From an uncultured Bacteroidales bacterium (GTDB lineage: Bacteria > Bacteroidota > Bacteroidia > Bacteroidales > SZUA-534), in assembly GCA_964419235.1 (NCBI GenBank), contig CAYQPP010000002.1:1-44693 (forward strand): DNA of 44,693 bases, given 5' to 3'. The translations under genes and the position numbers were made by a program. The notes beneath the pieces were generated by a model. The model had not been told where the DNA came from. It saw only the letters and a list, made by a program, of their open reading frames with translations, and did not search any database. Every line of letters starts with the position of its first letter. The stretch's first letter is position 1. Below are positions 10,177-19,937 of the stretch, one piece after another.

Positions 10177-10722
10177 TTGCAAATAGTGCTAATGTTAACT
10201 AAATACATAAAATACAAGTCGCCTCATAATATCTTTTGGGACTTTCTTCATAAGCACATAAATGTTAAAATGGGAGTTCTTTCAGGCATTGTAACAGGCT
10301 CCATTGTATTTGCAATAAATATTAACCATGGGTTTTGGCCGGCTTTTGCAAGTTTTTTTAAACAATTTGCTTTTAATGTTTTTATGGCTGGGTATAATAC
10401 CAAATCGTGCGAAAAGCTTGCTAAATATATAAATAATAAAGTATTAGCCTTAATTAGTGCATCGGTAATACCAACTTTACAGGCTTTTGCTGTTTTATAT
10501 GCCATACATTACTTTGGAAAAACCCCCAAGCCAATGGCTTCAACATTATGGCAAGCTATTACAAATCTGTTTTTCTTTCTTTTTATGGCTCTTGTTTACC
10601 GAGAGGTTATTCATATAAAAAGCCCTTCGTTCAATAAAACCATAAAAATGTTTAAGCTTAGCATATTACGGCCTGTCAGAAAATTGCATGGTATTTCTAA
10701 TTCAAAAAAGTGGGCAGGATAG
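10177..10722 (+). CDS. Hypothetical small membrane protein
   Basis: 181-aa ORF (TTG at 10177; ATG alternative at 10192) with about 4 hydrophobic segments. No motif recognised. Confidence 0.4.
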   Translation: MQIVLMLTKYIKYKSPHNIFWDFLHKHINVKMGVLSGIVTGSIVFAININHGFWPAFASFFKQFAFNVFMAGYNTKSCEKLAKYINNKVLALISASVIPTLQAFAVLYAIHYFGKTPKPMASTLWQAITNLFFFLFMALVYREVIHIKSPSFNKTIKMFKLSILRPVRKLHGISNSKKWAG

Positions 10723-10871
10723 CAGACATCTTAAAACAGCTTTAATGGAATTTCTTTTTTTTAATTGAATTGACAAGGGTGATACTTCTGCCTGTATAGC
10801 TATAATCTCTTGAGTAAACAAAATTAAAGCATAATCAATATTCAGCAAGCACTATTTACAAAGGCATTTTG

Positions 10872-13442
10872 CTAATCTTTATATCTTATTCCCATTACCA
10901 GAATATCATCAACCTGCTCATTTTCGCCACGCCATTCATCAAAAGCTTTTTTAATAATATCTTTCTGCTCTTTCATCGATAGCGGGTTTATTTCAAAAAG
11001 TAGTTGCTTAAAACGTTTGGTCAAGAATTTTTTTCCACTCTTACTTCCAAACTGGTCAATAATACCGTCAGAGAAAAGATAAAATACATCTCCTTCGTTA
11101 AACGGGTAGTTGTAATTAGTGTATGATGTAATGCTTGTGCCTGATATACTGCTTGTAATTGGAATTTTATCGCCCTTAATTTCAATAAAATCGCCATTAT
11201 TAAATAGGTAAACTGGCCTAAGTGCGCTTGCAAATTCAACGGTTTTTTCGTTTTTGTCAACAATGGCAATCGAAATGTCCATACCATCGCTTGTTTGTGT
11301 CCTATTATCGGCTTTTAATGCAATTTTAATTTTGCGGTTGAGCTGTTTTAAAATCTCGGCAGCATCGGTTACCCCATTATAAATAATAATAGAGTTTAAC
11401 AAATATGTACCTATAATTGACATAAAAGCTCCGGGCACGCCATGTCCTGTACAGTCAACAGCGGCAATAAAATATTTATCCTGAATACGGTGGTACCAGT
11501 AAAAATCGCCACTCACAATATCTTTTGGCAGAAACAGCACAAAACTGTCGTGAAAATCGCGCTGAATTTGTTTTACCTTGGGCATAATACCGGTCTGTAT
11601 CCTTTTTGCATACCTAATGCTATCGGTAATCTCAATTTGGCGTACCTCAAGCTCATCTTTACTTGTTATTGCCAAATTCTTTTGGAGCTCGGCATCTTTG
11701 CGCTGCTGATTTAATTCATTTTCATATTGTTTGAGCCTTGTAATGTCGGTATCAATTGCAATTAAATAGTTTATATTGTCGCGCTCATCCATAATTGGCG
11801 TAAGGGTGGTATGGTACCATTTTTCCTGTTTATTTTCATTAACCATTTTTGATTCGTATGATACTACTGATTTTTCGCGTAAACAGGTATTTAGTACGTG
11901 CCTGATGTTTTTATTTGAACTAATATCAATAATACTCAATGGCTCTGCCCGATGGTACTCATCAAGGGTCATACCTAAAGTAAGGCTAAACGAATTGTTG
12001 AACCAGTCGAGCTCTCCGTTGGGCAAAAATATATATATTAAGTTATCGGTTTTGCTTGCCACCAACGATAGCTTGCCTAATTCATAATTTTTTAATTCCA
12101 ACAACTCTTTTTGTGCCCTCAGCTCTTCGCGTTGAGTTTGCAGTGTGTCTTTTTGTTGAATAAGCTCCTCATGTTGCGATTTTAGCTCCTCTTTTTGCGA
12201 GTTAAGTTGGTAAGTCCGCTTCTCGACCAACTGTTCTAAATTTTTATTCAAATCAATTACCTCTAAGCGCGAATTCTTAAATTTTGATATAAAAATAAAA
12301 ATCATGATAAAGAAAAACAGCGTAGTGGTAATGGTGGCAATTTGAGTATCGTAAAAACCTATACCAAACGATTCAACAAGAAAAAAGGCCGGCACAATCA
12401 AATTTGCAATAATTATACCTAAGGCAAAACTATATTGTTTAAAGAAAGGGATACCTTTTTTTCGGTTAACGTAAATACCCCAAACGGTAACAGCTGACAA
12501 TATTATTAATAAAAACCGATATCCATAAAAATACATATTATGCGACTTGATAAATAACTGCATAACTGTAAAAACAATTGAATATAACAACCCTAACTTA
12601 ATAAGCTGCACAAGGCGTTTGTTAGCACTCTTTATTCTTAAATAATTAAATTCAAAAAGTAACAAAAAGAACACTAAAACAGGAGTGAGCATTCGCCCCA
12701 CAATATAATTTACTAACGGATAATTTGGCCACACATACTGAAAAAGGTATCCGTCGCGCCAAAGACTTATTAACCCCATTAATACTACAAAACCAAACAA
12801 AAACCAATATGAGCGCTGTTTTTCCGAGTGCCACAAAATGGTAATCATAAAAAGAAAAAAAACAAGAATACAATAAAATACCCCACCGGCAAATGCATTA
12901 ATCCGTAACTTGTTTACCGCAACTTGCTCCGACATTAAAGATATTGGCAAATACTCGGGTTGTAACTGCATATTTACCTTAAAGCATATTGTTCCGCGCT
13001 GCCCAGAATTGACTTTTATTTTAAAGAGGTAGTTTTTAAAAATAACCTGCCTCTGCATAAACGGATAAAAAAAACCGGTATGGTGATATGTTGAATCAAA
13101 TGAGTTGAAAAAGGTAATGTCGGTAATAAGCGGGTTGTTAATTGACAGGGCTATCTGTTGAATTTGGTTTGTGTTGTTTTGTATCTTGATTTTATACCAC
13201 TGGCTTGGCGCATTTCTGTAATATACAAAGGTTGTTTTTTTCGATTGTATAAACTTACTCTCAAATTCGCTGCTCAAAACTTGCTCAAATGAGTATTGAT
13301 TGGAACTGTCAATCAAGTAAAATACATTTCCCGAAAGGTCGAATATTTTATCGCTGCTTGTTTCGTTTATATAAACAACACCCCCGGCAAATATGGTTGA
13401 CCCAAATAATAAGAGATAAAATGTGAAAATTAATTTCCTCAT
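10872..13442 (-). CDS. 7TMR-DISM receptor with PAS and PP2C/SpoIIE-type phosphatase output
   Basis: 856 aa. Signal peptide, an extracellular domain of about 170 aa, 7 TM helices, Q/E-rich coiled coil, PAS-like segment. C-terminal SpoIIE motifs SGDFYWY, AAVDCTGHGVPGAFMS, DGMDISI, SDGIIDQFG, DDILVMG. Confidence 0.85.
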   Translation of the reverse strand: MRKLIFTFYLLLFGSTIFAGGVVYINETSSDKIFDLSGNVFYLIDSSNQYSFEQVLSSEFESKFIQSKKTTFVYYRNAPSQWYKIKIQNNTNQIQQIALSINNPLITDITFFNSFDSTYHHTGFFYPFMQRQVIFKNYLFKIKVNSGQRGTICFKVNMQLQPEYLPISLMSEQVAVNKLRINAFAGGVFYCILVFFLFMITILWHSEKQRSYWFLFGFVVLMGLISLWRDGYLFQYVWPNYPLVNYIVGRMLTPVLVFFLLLFEFNYLRIKSANKRLVQLIKLGLLYSIVFTVMQLFIKSHNMYFYGYRFLLIILSAVTVWGIYVNRKKGIPFFKQYSFALGIIIANLIVPAFFLVESFGIGFYDTQIATITTTLFFFIMIFIFISKFKNSRLEVIDLNKNLEQLVEKRTYQLNSQKEELKSQHEELIQQKDTLQTQREELRAQKELLELKNYELGKLSLVASKTDNLIYIFLPNGELDWFNNSFSLTLGMTLDEYHRAEPLSIIDISSNKNIRHVLNTCLREKSVVSYESKMVNENKQEKWYHTTLTPIMDERDNINYLIAIDTDITRLKQYENELNQQRKDAELQKNLAITSKDELEVRQIEITDSIRYAKRIQTGIMPKVKQIQRDFHDSFVLFLPKDIVSGDFYWYHRIQDKYFIAAVDCTGHGVPGAFMSIIGTYLLNSIIIYNGVTDAAEILKQLNRKIKIALKADNRTQTSDGMDISIAIVDKNEKTVEFASALRPVYLFNNGDFIEIKGDKIPITSSISGTSITSYTNYNYPFNEGDVFYLFSDGIIDQFGSKSGKKFLTKRFKQLLFEINPLSMKEQKDIIKKAFDEWRGENEQVDDILVMGIRYKD

Positions 13443-13530
13443 GCAATTCCCAAATTTTTGATAAAGTATTTTACTATAAAAATATAAACAATTTTTATGA
13501 AAAATAGATAAAATGGACTAAATATTAAAT

Positions 13531-13572
13531 AAAAAAAATGAGATGCGTCAAATTATTATAGACACACCTCAT
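13531..13572 (-). terminator. Intrinsic terminator downstream of dsbD
   Basis: On the minus-strand RNA, AUGAGGUGUGUC/GACGCAUCUCAU forms a 12-bp stem (two G-U pairs) with an 11-nt loop, followed by a U7 tract. Lies 27 nt after the dsbD stop. Confidence 0.55.
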
Positions 13573-13598
13573 TTATTGGTAATTATGCTAAATGATTT

Positions 13599-15626
13599 TT
13601 ACTTTTTATTATTAAAATTTTCAAGCCCTTTGTCAAGAAATTCAATAAAATTGCTCACGTTTAAATCATATGCTTTTGGGTCAACAAGCAACTCTCCGTC
13701 ATTATCTAACAAACAATAGTATGGTTGAGCGTTAATGTTAAATCTTGTAATTTGCATATCGGCATTTAATTTGCCCAATGTTTTTATCATTTTACCATTA
13801 TAAGTCGATTTTATCCAATCTTTTTTGGGGAGCTTAATGACTTTATCATCAACATAAAGGGCAACAACAACATAGTTTGCCCTTAACCTTTTTAAAACCT
13901 CGGGGTCTTTCCAAACTACCGACTCCATTTCGCGGCAATTAACGCAGCCATGTCCTGTAAAATCAACAAAAAGTGGTTTATTTTGGGCTTTGGCACACGC
14001 CAATGCTTGGTTATATTCAAAAAACCCTTTTATACCATGAGGTAAATGAAGGTGATCGGCATATTTAGGTTGTTCGCAAACCTCAGCCTTCGTTGGCGAG
14101 TTGTTTGAAGTGCCTGAACCTCCATACAATTCAAAACCCATTTCAACATTATCGCGTACAATGCGCTCGGTGTCAAAATCAATTGTTGATTGTGGAGGCA
14201 AATATCCGGCCAGCGCTTTTAAAGGGGCGCCCCACATACCCGGAATAAGGTAAATAACAAATGCAAAAACTATAATTGAAAAACCTAAGCGGGGTACCGA
14301 TATGAATTTAACATCGCTGTCGTGTGCAAACTTAATTTTGCCAAGCAGGTAAAAACCAAGCAGGGTAAAAGTTACAATCCAAATTGCAAGGTAAACCTCT
14401 CTGTCTAATATTCCCCAATGGTAAGTTTGGTCGGCAATACTCAAGAATTTTAAACCTAATGCTACCTCAACAAAACCCAATACAACTTTTACCGAGTTTA
14501 GCCATCCACCCGATTTTGGCATTTTGTTTAACCAAGCCGGGAAAAATGCAAATAGTGTAAATGGTAATGCAAATGCTATCGAAAAGGCAAACATTGTAAC
14601 AATAGGCTCCCATATTTCGCCTTGTGTCGATTTTACTATAATGGTTCCAACAATAGGCCCTGTGCACGAAAATGAGACTAATACAAGTGTCATTGCCATA
14701 AAAAATGCACCTAACAAACCACCTTTATCGGCACTTGAATCGGCTTTGTTTACCAGTTTGCTTGGTAAAACAATTTCAAAAGCACCAAAAAACGATGCGG
14801 CAAATATCATAAATATCAAAAAGAAGAGTAGGTTGGGAATCCAATGTGTGCTTATCCAGTTAAAAATATCGGCAGTTACCGATTCGCCTCCCACAAAATA
14901 GGTTATGCCAATTAAAATTGCTATTGGTAATGTATATAGTAAAACAATAGATATGCCGTAAGTTGATGCCATTATTTTACCTTTTGCTTTATTCTCGCTG
15001 CCTTTCATAAAAAAGGAGACTGTCATTGGCACCATTGGGAATACGCAAGGTGTTAAAAGTGCTGCAAAACCCCAAAGTATGGCTTCGATAATAATTGCCC
15101 ATAACGAAACGGAACCTTTGCCCGAATCGCTTGCAGGCTCAGAAGCTACAACTTGTTCTTGTTCACCCTTAATCTTAAATTCAAAATCTTCATCTAATTT
15201 TATACACTGTTCATCGTCGCAGCTCATATAATCAATATAGCCACCAACATATGCAACATCGCCGGTAATTTTAACCTTTTGTGTAAAAACAGCGGTATGC
15301 TCAAACCAGCGGCTTACAGCTCCGGCAAGCTCTTCATAGGCTTCGTGCACCTCTGATAGTTCCATTACCGTGTCAATAAACTCAACACCTACAATACTGT
15401 CAAATTCAAAATAAGTTGGCAACGAAAAATTGCCTGCAGGCAACCACTGTGTATATAAATGCCAATGGTCGTCAATGGTGGCAGTAAATACTAATTCAAC
15501 TTCGTCATCTGATATTTTTTTTGTGTCAATTTGCCAAGTTACGGGCTGGAGCACTTGAGCCATTGTAGCCTGAAAAATAACAGTTAACGCTGCTATTGCC
15601 ACAAAACGCTGAAAAAACCTTTTCAT
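13599..15626 (-). CDS. dsbD: Thiol:disulfide interchange protein DsbD family
   Basis: 675 aa. Signal peptide and N-terminal domain with SCDDEQC. Central CcdA-like TM core with TPCVFPMVP and FSCTGPIVG. C-terminal thioredoxin fold with GHGCVNC (CxxC). Confidence 0.85.
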   Translation of the reverse strand: MKRFFQRFVAIAALTVIFQATMAQVLQPVTWQIDTKKISDDEVELVFTATIDDHWHLYTQWLPAGNFSLPTYFEFDSIVGVEFIDTVMELSEVHEAYEELAGAVSRWFEHTAVFTQKVKITGDVAYVGGYIDYMSCDDEQCIKLDEDFEFKIKGEQEQVVASEPASDSGKGSVSLWAIIIEAILWGFAALLTPCVFPMVPMTVSFFMKGSENKAKGKIMASTYGISIVLLYTLPIAILIGITYFVGGESVTADIFNWISTHWIPNLLFFLIFMIFAASFFGAFEIVLPSKLVNKADSSADKGGLLGAFFMAMTLVLVSFSCTGPIVGTIIVKSTQGEIWEPIVTMFAFSIAFALPFTLFAFFPAWLNKMPKSGGWLNSVKVVLGFVEVALGLKFLSIADQTYHWGILDREVYLAIWIVTFTLLGFYLLGKIKFAHDSDVKFISVPRLGFSIIVFAFVIYLIPGMWGAPLKALAGYLPPQSTIDFDTERIVRDNVEMGFELYGGSGTSNNSPTKAEVCEQPKYADHLHLPHGIKGFFEYNQALACAKAQNKPLFVDFTGHGCVNCREMESVVWKDPEVLKRLRANYVVVALYVDDKVIKLPKKDWIKSTYNGKMIKTLGKLNADMQITRFNINAQPYYCLLDNDGELLVDPKAYDLNVSNFIEFLDKGLENFNNKK

Positions 15627-15798
15627 AATAATAAATATTTTTGTTTTTTAATGCCCAAATAACAGACATTAAAATGTTATTAATTAAGCTGCAAAAGAGT
15701 TAAATATAAATAACTAATTTTCGACTCATCTTATGTTTTTTAGCACTAAAACAGTTTTGTAAACCTATACAATACCAGTACATTTTTGTTTAAAAAAA

Positions 15799-17346
15799 TT
15801 ATAAGAAAACTTTATCTCCCTTGCTATCAATAAAATGATACTCAAGAAACGAATTTGAGTTAGAAGGTTTTATTTTTAACCTACGCAGATATTTTAATCG
15901 CCATTTAAACCCTATTGAAAATATGCCTTTGGTTAAATACGAAGCTATATAAGGGTGCAATTTTAGGGTAATTTTTTTAAATCTGTATTTTTTAAGGCTC
16001 CAACGCACATGGTTTTCAATTTCGTCAACAAAAAGAATGCTTGGCGAAACTTCACCTGAGCCATTACACGATGGACAACGCTCAATAGTTTGTACCGACA
16101 TTTCGGGTCTTACCCTTTGGCGGGTAATTTGCATCAAACCAAATTTGCTAAGTGGCAATATATGATGTTTTGCTCTATCGGAGCTCATATACTCTTTCAT
16201 TTTTTCAAAGAGTTTTTGCCTATTCTCAATATCATGCATATCAATAAAGTCGATAACTATAATTCCTCCCATATCGCGCAAGCGTAACTGGCGGGCTATC
16301 TCTTGGCCTGCTACAATATTAACATCTACCGCATTTTCCTCTTGATTATTATCAGATTGTGTGCGATTTCCGGAATTTACATCAATTACATGAAGGGCCT
16401 CGGTATGTTCAATTACAAGGTAAGCGCCTTTTTTTATAGCAACAGTTTTGCCAAATAGTGCTTTAATCTGTTTTTCAAGACCAAAATACTCAAATATAGG
16501 TTGACTTTTACCGTAATACTTTATTATTTTCTCTTTTTCGGGTGCAACCGATTTAATATAACCGCATATTTCATCATATAGCTTTTTATTATTAATAAAT
16601 ACGCTATTAAACTGACTATTAAGCATATCGCGCAAAATAGCAGTAGTACGGTTCAATTCGCCCAAAATAAGTTTAGGTGGTTTGTTTTTGATATTTACAA
16701 AAGCTCCTTCCCATTTTTGCACCAATTCTCGTAATTCTAAATCTAAATCGGCAACCCGTTTGCTTTCGGCAACGGTTCGTACAATTACCCCATAGTTTTT
16801 GGGTTTAATACTTTGCATAAGTTTACGCAATCTGTCGCGTTCACTTTGATCTTGAATTTTTTGCGAAATCGATACTTTGTCAGAAAAGGGTATCAATACC
16901 AAATTGCGTCCTGCAATTGAAATCTCAGATGCCAATCGTGGACCTTTGGTAGAGATAGGTTCTTTTGCTACCTGAACAATTATTGATTGCCCTTCAGTAA
17001 GTACTTGTTGAATTTTGCCATTTTTATTAATGTCGGGCTCTAATTGAAACTGAGACAAAAAATAATTTTTTTGTCGAGGGTCAAGAGCCATCTTTAAATA
17101 TTTATTCAGAGAACGAAACTGATGCCCTAAATCAAGGTAATGAAGAAAGGCGTCTTTTTCATATCCCACATCAATAAATGCGGCATTTAAACCCGGCATA
17201 ATTTTTTTAATTTTGCCAAGGTAAATATCACCAACCGTAAAATTAGTGCTATTTTTTTCTTTGTTTAATTCTACTAAGTTCTTATCTTCTAAAAGTGCAA
17301 TTACAACTTCCGAAGAAGATGAGTTTATCACAAGTTCCTTACTCAC
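15799..17346 (-). CDS. rng: Ribonuclease G/E family (Rne/Rng)
   Basis: 515 aa. N-terminal S1-like VGDIYLGKIKKIMPGLNAAFIDVG, catalytic region IVIDFIDM, Zn-link-like CPSCNGSG. Confidence 0.85.
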   Translation of the reverse strand: MSKELVINSSSSEVVIALLEDKNLVELNKEKNSTNFTVGDIYLGKIKKIMPGLNAAFIDVGYEKDAFLHYLDLGHQFRSLNKYLKMALDPRQKNYFLSQFQLEPDINKNGKIQQVLTEGQSIIVQVAKEPISTKGPRLASEISIAGRNLVLIPFSDKVSISQKIQDQSERDRLRKLMQSIKPKNYGVIVRTVAESKRVADLDLELRELVQKWEGAFVNIKNKPPKLILGELNRTTAILRDMLNSQFNSVFINNKKLYDEICGYIKSVAPEKEKIIKYYGKSQPIFEYFGLEKQIKALFGKTVAIKKGAYLVIEHTEALHVIDVNSGNRTQSDNNQEENAVDVNIVAGQEIARQLRLRDMGGIIVIDFIDMHDIENRQKLFEKMKEYMSSDRAKHHILPLSKFGLMQITRQRVRPEMSVQTIERCPSCNGSGEVSPSILFVDEIENHVRWSLKKYRFKKITLKLHPYIASYLTKGIFSIGFKWRLKYLRRLKIKPSNSNSFLEYHFIDSKGDKVFL

Positions 17347-17473
17347 AATTTTATCACTTTAATTTTGAAGATACAGAGAAATGAATGTACTTCTGTATAA
17401 GTACTTATAAACAATAAACCTAAAGAACAAAAGTTCTAAAGGTTTATTAAATGAATTTTTTATAAAAAAAAGA

Positions 17474-17566
17474 TTATTTCTTCTTTTTATGTCTGTTTTT
17501 GCGAAGACGTTTTTTACGCTTATGCGTGGCCATCTTATGTCTTTTCCGCTTCTTTCCGCTAGGCAT
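17474..17566 (-). CDS. 30-aa highly basic peptide, probable small ribosomal protein (bS22 / AURKAIP1-COX24-like)
   Basis: Absent from the ORF track because it is shorter than 60 aa. ATG at 17566 to TAA at 17474-17476 encodes MPSGKKRKRHKMATHKRKKRLRKNRHKKKK (about 70% K/R/H). Lies 23 nt downstream of HU on the same strand. Confidence 0.55.
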   Translation of the reverse strand: MPSGKKRKRHKMATHKRKKRLRKNRHKKKK

Positions 17567-17589
17567 AATTCGTAAATTTAATTATTAAT

Positions 17590-17877
17590 TTATTTTTTTA
17601 CTGCACTCTTAACTTTATTCACAAACGTTTTTGCTGGTTTAAACGATGGAATAAAATGTTCAGGTATAATAATTGTAGTATTCTTAGATATATTTCTGGC
17701 GGTTTTTTTAGCTCTTTTTTTCACTATAAAACTACCAAATCCTCTAAGATACACATTATTACCAGTCTCTAATGAAGACTTAATACCATCCATAAAAGCC
17801 TCAACAGTCTTTTGAACAGTCACTTTTTCAATCCCTGTGTTTTTTGAGATTTCGTTAACAATATCTGCTTTTGTCAT
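17590..17877 (-). CDS. HU/IHF family DNA-binding protein
   Basis: MTKADIVNEISKNTGIEKVTVQKTVEAF...LRGFGSF...RNISKNTTIIIPEHFIPSFKP is a typical HU fold sequence. The ATG at 17877 is preferred over the track start at 17928, because a -7 box lies inside that 5' extension. Confidence 0.85.
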   Translation of the reverse strand: MTKADIVNEISKNTGIEKVTVQKTVEAFMDGIKSSLETGNNVYLRGFGSFIVKKRAKKTARNISKNTTIIIPEHFIPSFKPAKTFVNKVKSAVKK

Positions 17878-17925
17878 TTCTAAATATCTTTTATATTCAA
17901 TAAATACTTTTTCTAAAAGTGTGGG

Positions 17926-17933
17926 CAAATATA
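17926..17933 (-). promoter_or_regulatory. Candidate -7 box (TATATTTG on minus strand) for HU
   Basis: Plus-strand CAAATATA equals TAnnTTTG on the minus strand, about 50 nt upstream of the ATG at 17877. A possible TTTG (-33) lies at 17958-17961, but the spacing is slightly long. Confidence 0.4.
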
Positions 17934-18030
17934 AATCAATAATTCTGAATATAAAAACAAATACACTTTTTTTGCATAAAAAATTAAAACCTCTATTATG
18001 CTGCTAATTAAATGAATATTGTTGAATGAA

Positions 18031-18038
18031 TAAATTTG
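18031..18038 (+). promoter_or_regulatory. Candidate -7 box (TAAATTTG) for ssb
   Basis: TAnnTTTG match 59 nt upstream of the ssb ATG, in the divergent HU/ssb intergenic region. Confidence 0.35.
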
Positions 18039-18096
18039 CCTTTATGTGAAAAGTTTGTAATTTTATCACATCATTAATCCATTAAAATAAAAAATT

Positions 18097-18528
18097 ATGG
18101 TTAACAAAGTTATTTTGGTTGGGAATGTGGGCAAAGACCCTGAGGTGAAATATTTAGAGAACGGCACAGCATATGCCCGATTTACCTTGGCAACCAATGA
18201 AACCTATAAAGACAAAACGGGGAACAAAACAACAAAAACCGAGTGGCATAATATTGTTTTATGGCGCGGTTTAGCCGAAGTTGCTGAAAAATATGTAAAA
18301 AAAGGGAATCCTTTATATATTGAGGGTAAAATAACCAACCGCAGTTACGAGCAAGATGGAATAACAAAGTATTTTACGGAAATAGTTGGTAACGAAATGA
18401 AAATGTTAGGTTCAAAAGCTACCAACGAAGGCCCTAGTGCTCCACCTCCGCCACCCGACAATAACAACAAAAGCACAGATACCGCAAGCGAGTCAGAGCC
18501 TCTTGAAACTGACGACCTTCCGTTTTAA
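18097..18528 (+). CDS. ssb: Single-stranded DNA-binding protein
   Basis: 143 aa. OB-fold N-terminus MVNKVILVGNVGKDPEVKY...TEWHNIVLWRGLAE, a Pro/Asn-rich linker, and an acidic tail ending DDLPF. Confidence 0.9.
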   Translation: MVNKVILVGNVGKDPEVKYLENGTAYARFTLATNETYKDKTGNKTTKTEWHNIVLWRGLAEVAEKYVKKGNPLYIEGKITNRSYEQDGITKYFTEIVGNEMKMLGSKATNEGPSAPPPPPDNNNKSTDTASESEPLETDDLPF

Positions 18529-18544
18529 ATAGAAATTAAAAAAC

Positions 18545-18580
18545 TGGCAACCTCAGTAATGTAAAAACATGGGGTTGCCA
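18545..18580 (+). other. Hairpin between ssb and gldE (possible attenuator or terminator)
   Basis: TGGCAACC / GGTTGCCA 8-bp stem with a 20-nt loop containing an inner ATGT/ACAT pairing. There is no downstream T-tract, so it is not a canonical intrinsic terminator. Confidence 0.3.
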
Positions 18581-18594
18581 AATTATAAAACAAA

Positions 18595-19917
18595 TTGGAA
18601 AACGACCCCTTATCCCAATGGGTAATATTTAGCGGCTTTGGCAGTATTACCTATTTATCATTTAGTTTGCCTGCTATTGCAGGAATAGTATTAACTACTA
18701 TTTTGCTCTTCCTTTCGGCACTTATTTCAGGTTCCGAGGTGGCGTTTTTTTCATTAAGCCCTAATGAAATACAAAAAATAAACAGTGGCAAATCAACATC
18801 ATCAAAAACCGCATCAAAATTACTTAACAATTCGCATGAGCTGCTTGCCACAATTTTGGTGTCGAACAATTTTATTAACATTGCCATTGTTATTTTATCT
18901 ACCTATGTTGTAAACTCTATTTTTGATTTTGGTACTGCTTTATTATTCGGATTCTTGATTCAAGTAGTGCTTATTACATTTATTTTGTTGCTGTTTGGCG
19001 AAATAATACCAAAAATTTATGCCAACCGATTTTCGTATAAGTTTGTGCATTTAATGGCTATACCGCTGCAAGTTTTATTAATAATATTTAAGCCTGTAGC
19101 CTTGGCTTTAGTATCGTCAACGCAAATGTTTGATAAATACTTCCGCAAAAAAACAAATTTATCAATTACCGACCTTTCAAGTGCATTGGAGTTAACATCG
19201 GAATCGTTGGCCGAGGAAAAAGGCATTTTAAAAGGCATTATAGAGTTTGGCAACATTGAAGTTTCGGAAATTATGTGCCCCCGCGTTGATGTGCATACAA
19301 TTGAAATTACAACAGGTTTTTCAACGGTACTGCGCGAAATTATAAATGCAGGCTATTCGAGGATTCCGGTTTACACAAAATCGTTCGATAATGTTAAAGG
19401 CATTTTATATATTAAAGATTTATTGCCCCATTTTCATAAAACCGATAATTTTCATTGGCAAACATTGATAAGGTCTCCGTATTTTGTACCCGAAAAAAAG
19501 AAGATTAACGAATTGCTTGAGGAGCTACAAACCGACAAAATACACATGGCCATTGTTGTTGATGAATATGGCGGCACCTCTGGTATAATTACCATGGAGG
19601 ATATTATTGAGGAGATTGTTGGCGATATATCGGACGAATTTGATGATGATGAGGTAAACTTTTCGAAAATAAACAATAACAATTTTTTGTTTGACGGCAA
19701 AACCCTGTTAAATGATTTTTATAAAATACTTGAAGTAAACAACTCGGTTTTTGATGAAATAAAAGGCGATGCCGATACCCTTGCAGGGCTATTGCTTGAA
19801 TTAAAAGGCGATTTTCCCGATTTATATGACAAAATTAAATATAAACAATTTACATTTACCATTGAAGAGTTGGACAAACGCAGGATTGTAAAAATAAAAA
19901 CTACAATTAATCGTTAA
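18595..19917 (+). CDS. gldE: CNNM/DUF21-CBS pair-CorC_HlyC protein, GldE-type
   Basis: 440 aa, TTG start. 4 TM DUF21 region, CBS pair (IMCPRVDV..., GILYIKDLL), C-terminal CorC/HlyC-like domain. The ssb-gldE-gldD order matches the arrangement I recall from Flavobacterium. Confidence 0.65.
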   Translation: MENDPLSQWVIFSGFGSITYLSFSLPAIAGIVLTTILLFLSALISGSEVAFFSLSPNEIQKINSGKSTSSKTASKLLNNSHELLATILVSNNFINIAIVILSTYVVNSIFDFGTALLFGFLIQVVLITFILLLFGEIIPKIYANRFSYKFVHLMAIPLQVLLIIFKPVALALVSSTQMFDKYFRKKTNLSITDLSSALELTSESLAEEKGILKGIIEFGNIEVSEIMCPRVDVHTIEITTGFSTVLREIINAGYSRIPVYTKSFDNVKGILYIKDLLPHFHKTDNFHWQTLIRSPYFVPEKKKINELLEELQTDKIHMAIVVDEYGGTSGIITMEDIIEEIVGDISDEFDDDEVNFSKINNNNFLFDGKTLLNDFYKILEVNNSVFDEIKGDADTLAGLLLELKGDFPDLYDKIKYKQFTFTIEELDKRRIVKIKTTINR

Positions 19918-19937
19918 TAAATTGGTGAACTCATTTA

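Noticed and set aside
17347-17473. Imperfect hairpins (ATACAGA...TCTGTAT and AAACCT...AGGTTT) between the small basic ORF and rng, considered as a terminator or an RNase G autoregulatory leader.
   Set aside because: The stems are short, AT-rich and interrupted, with no clear U-tract. That is not enough to call a feature without transcript data.
17878-17928. 17-aa N-terminal extension of the HU ORF.
   Set aside because: HU proteins start at the MTKADIV-type sequence. A TAnnTTTG -7 box (17926-17933, minus strand) lies within or at the edge of the extension, so it is probably 5' leader or promoter.
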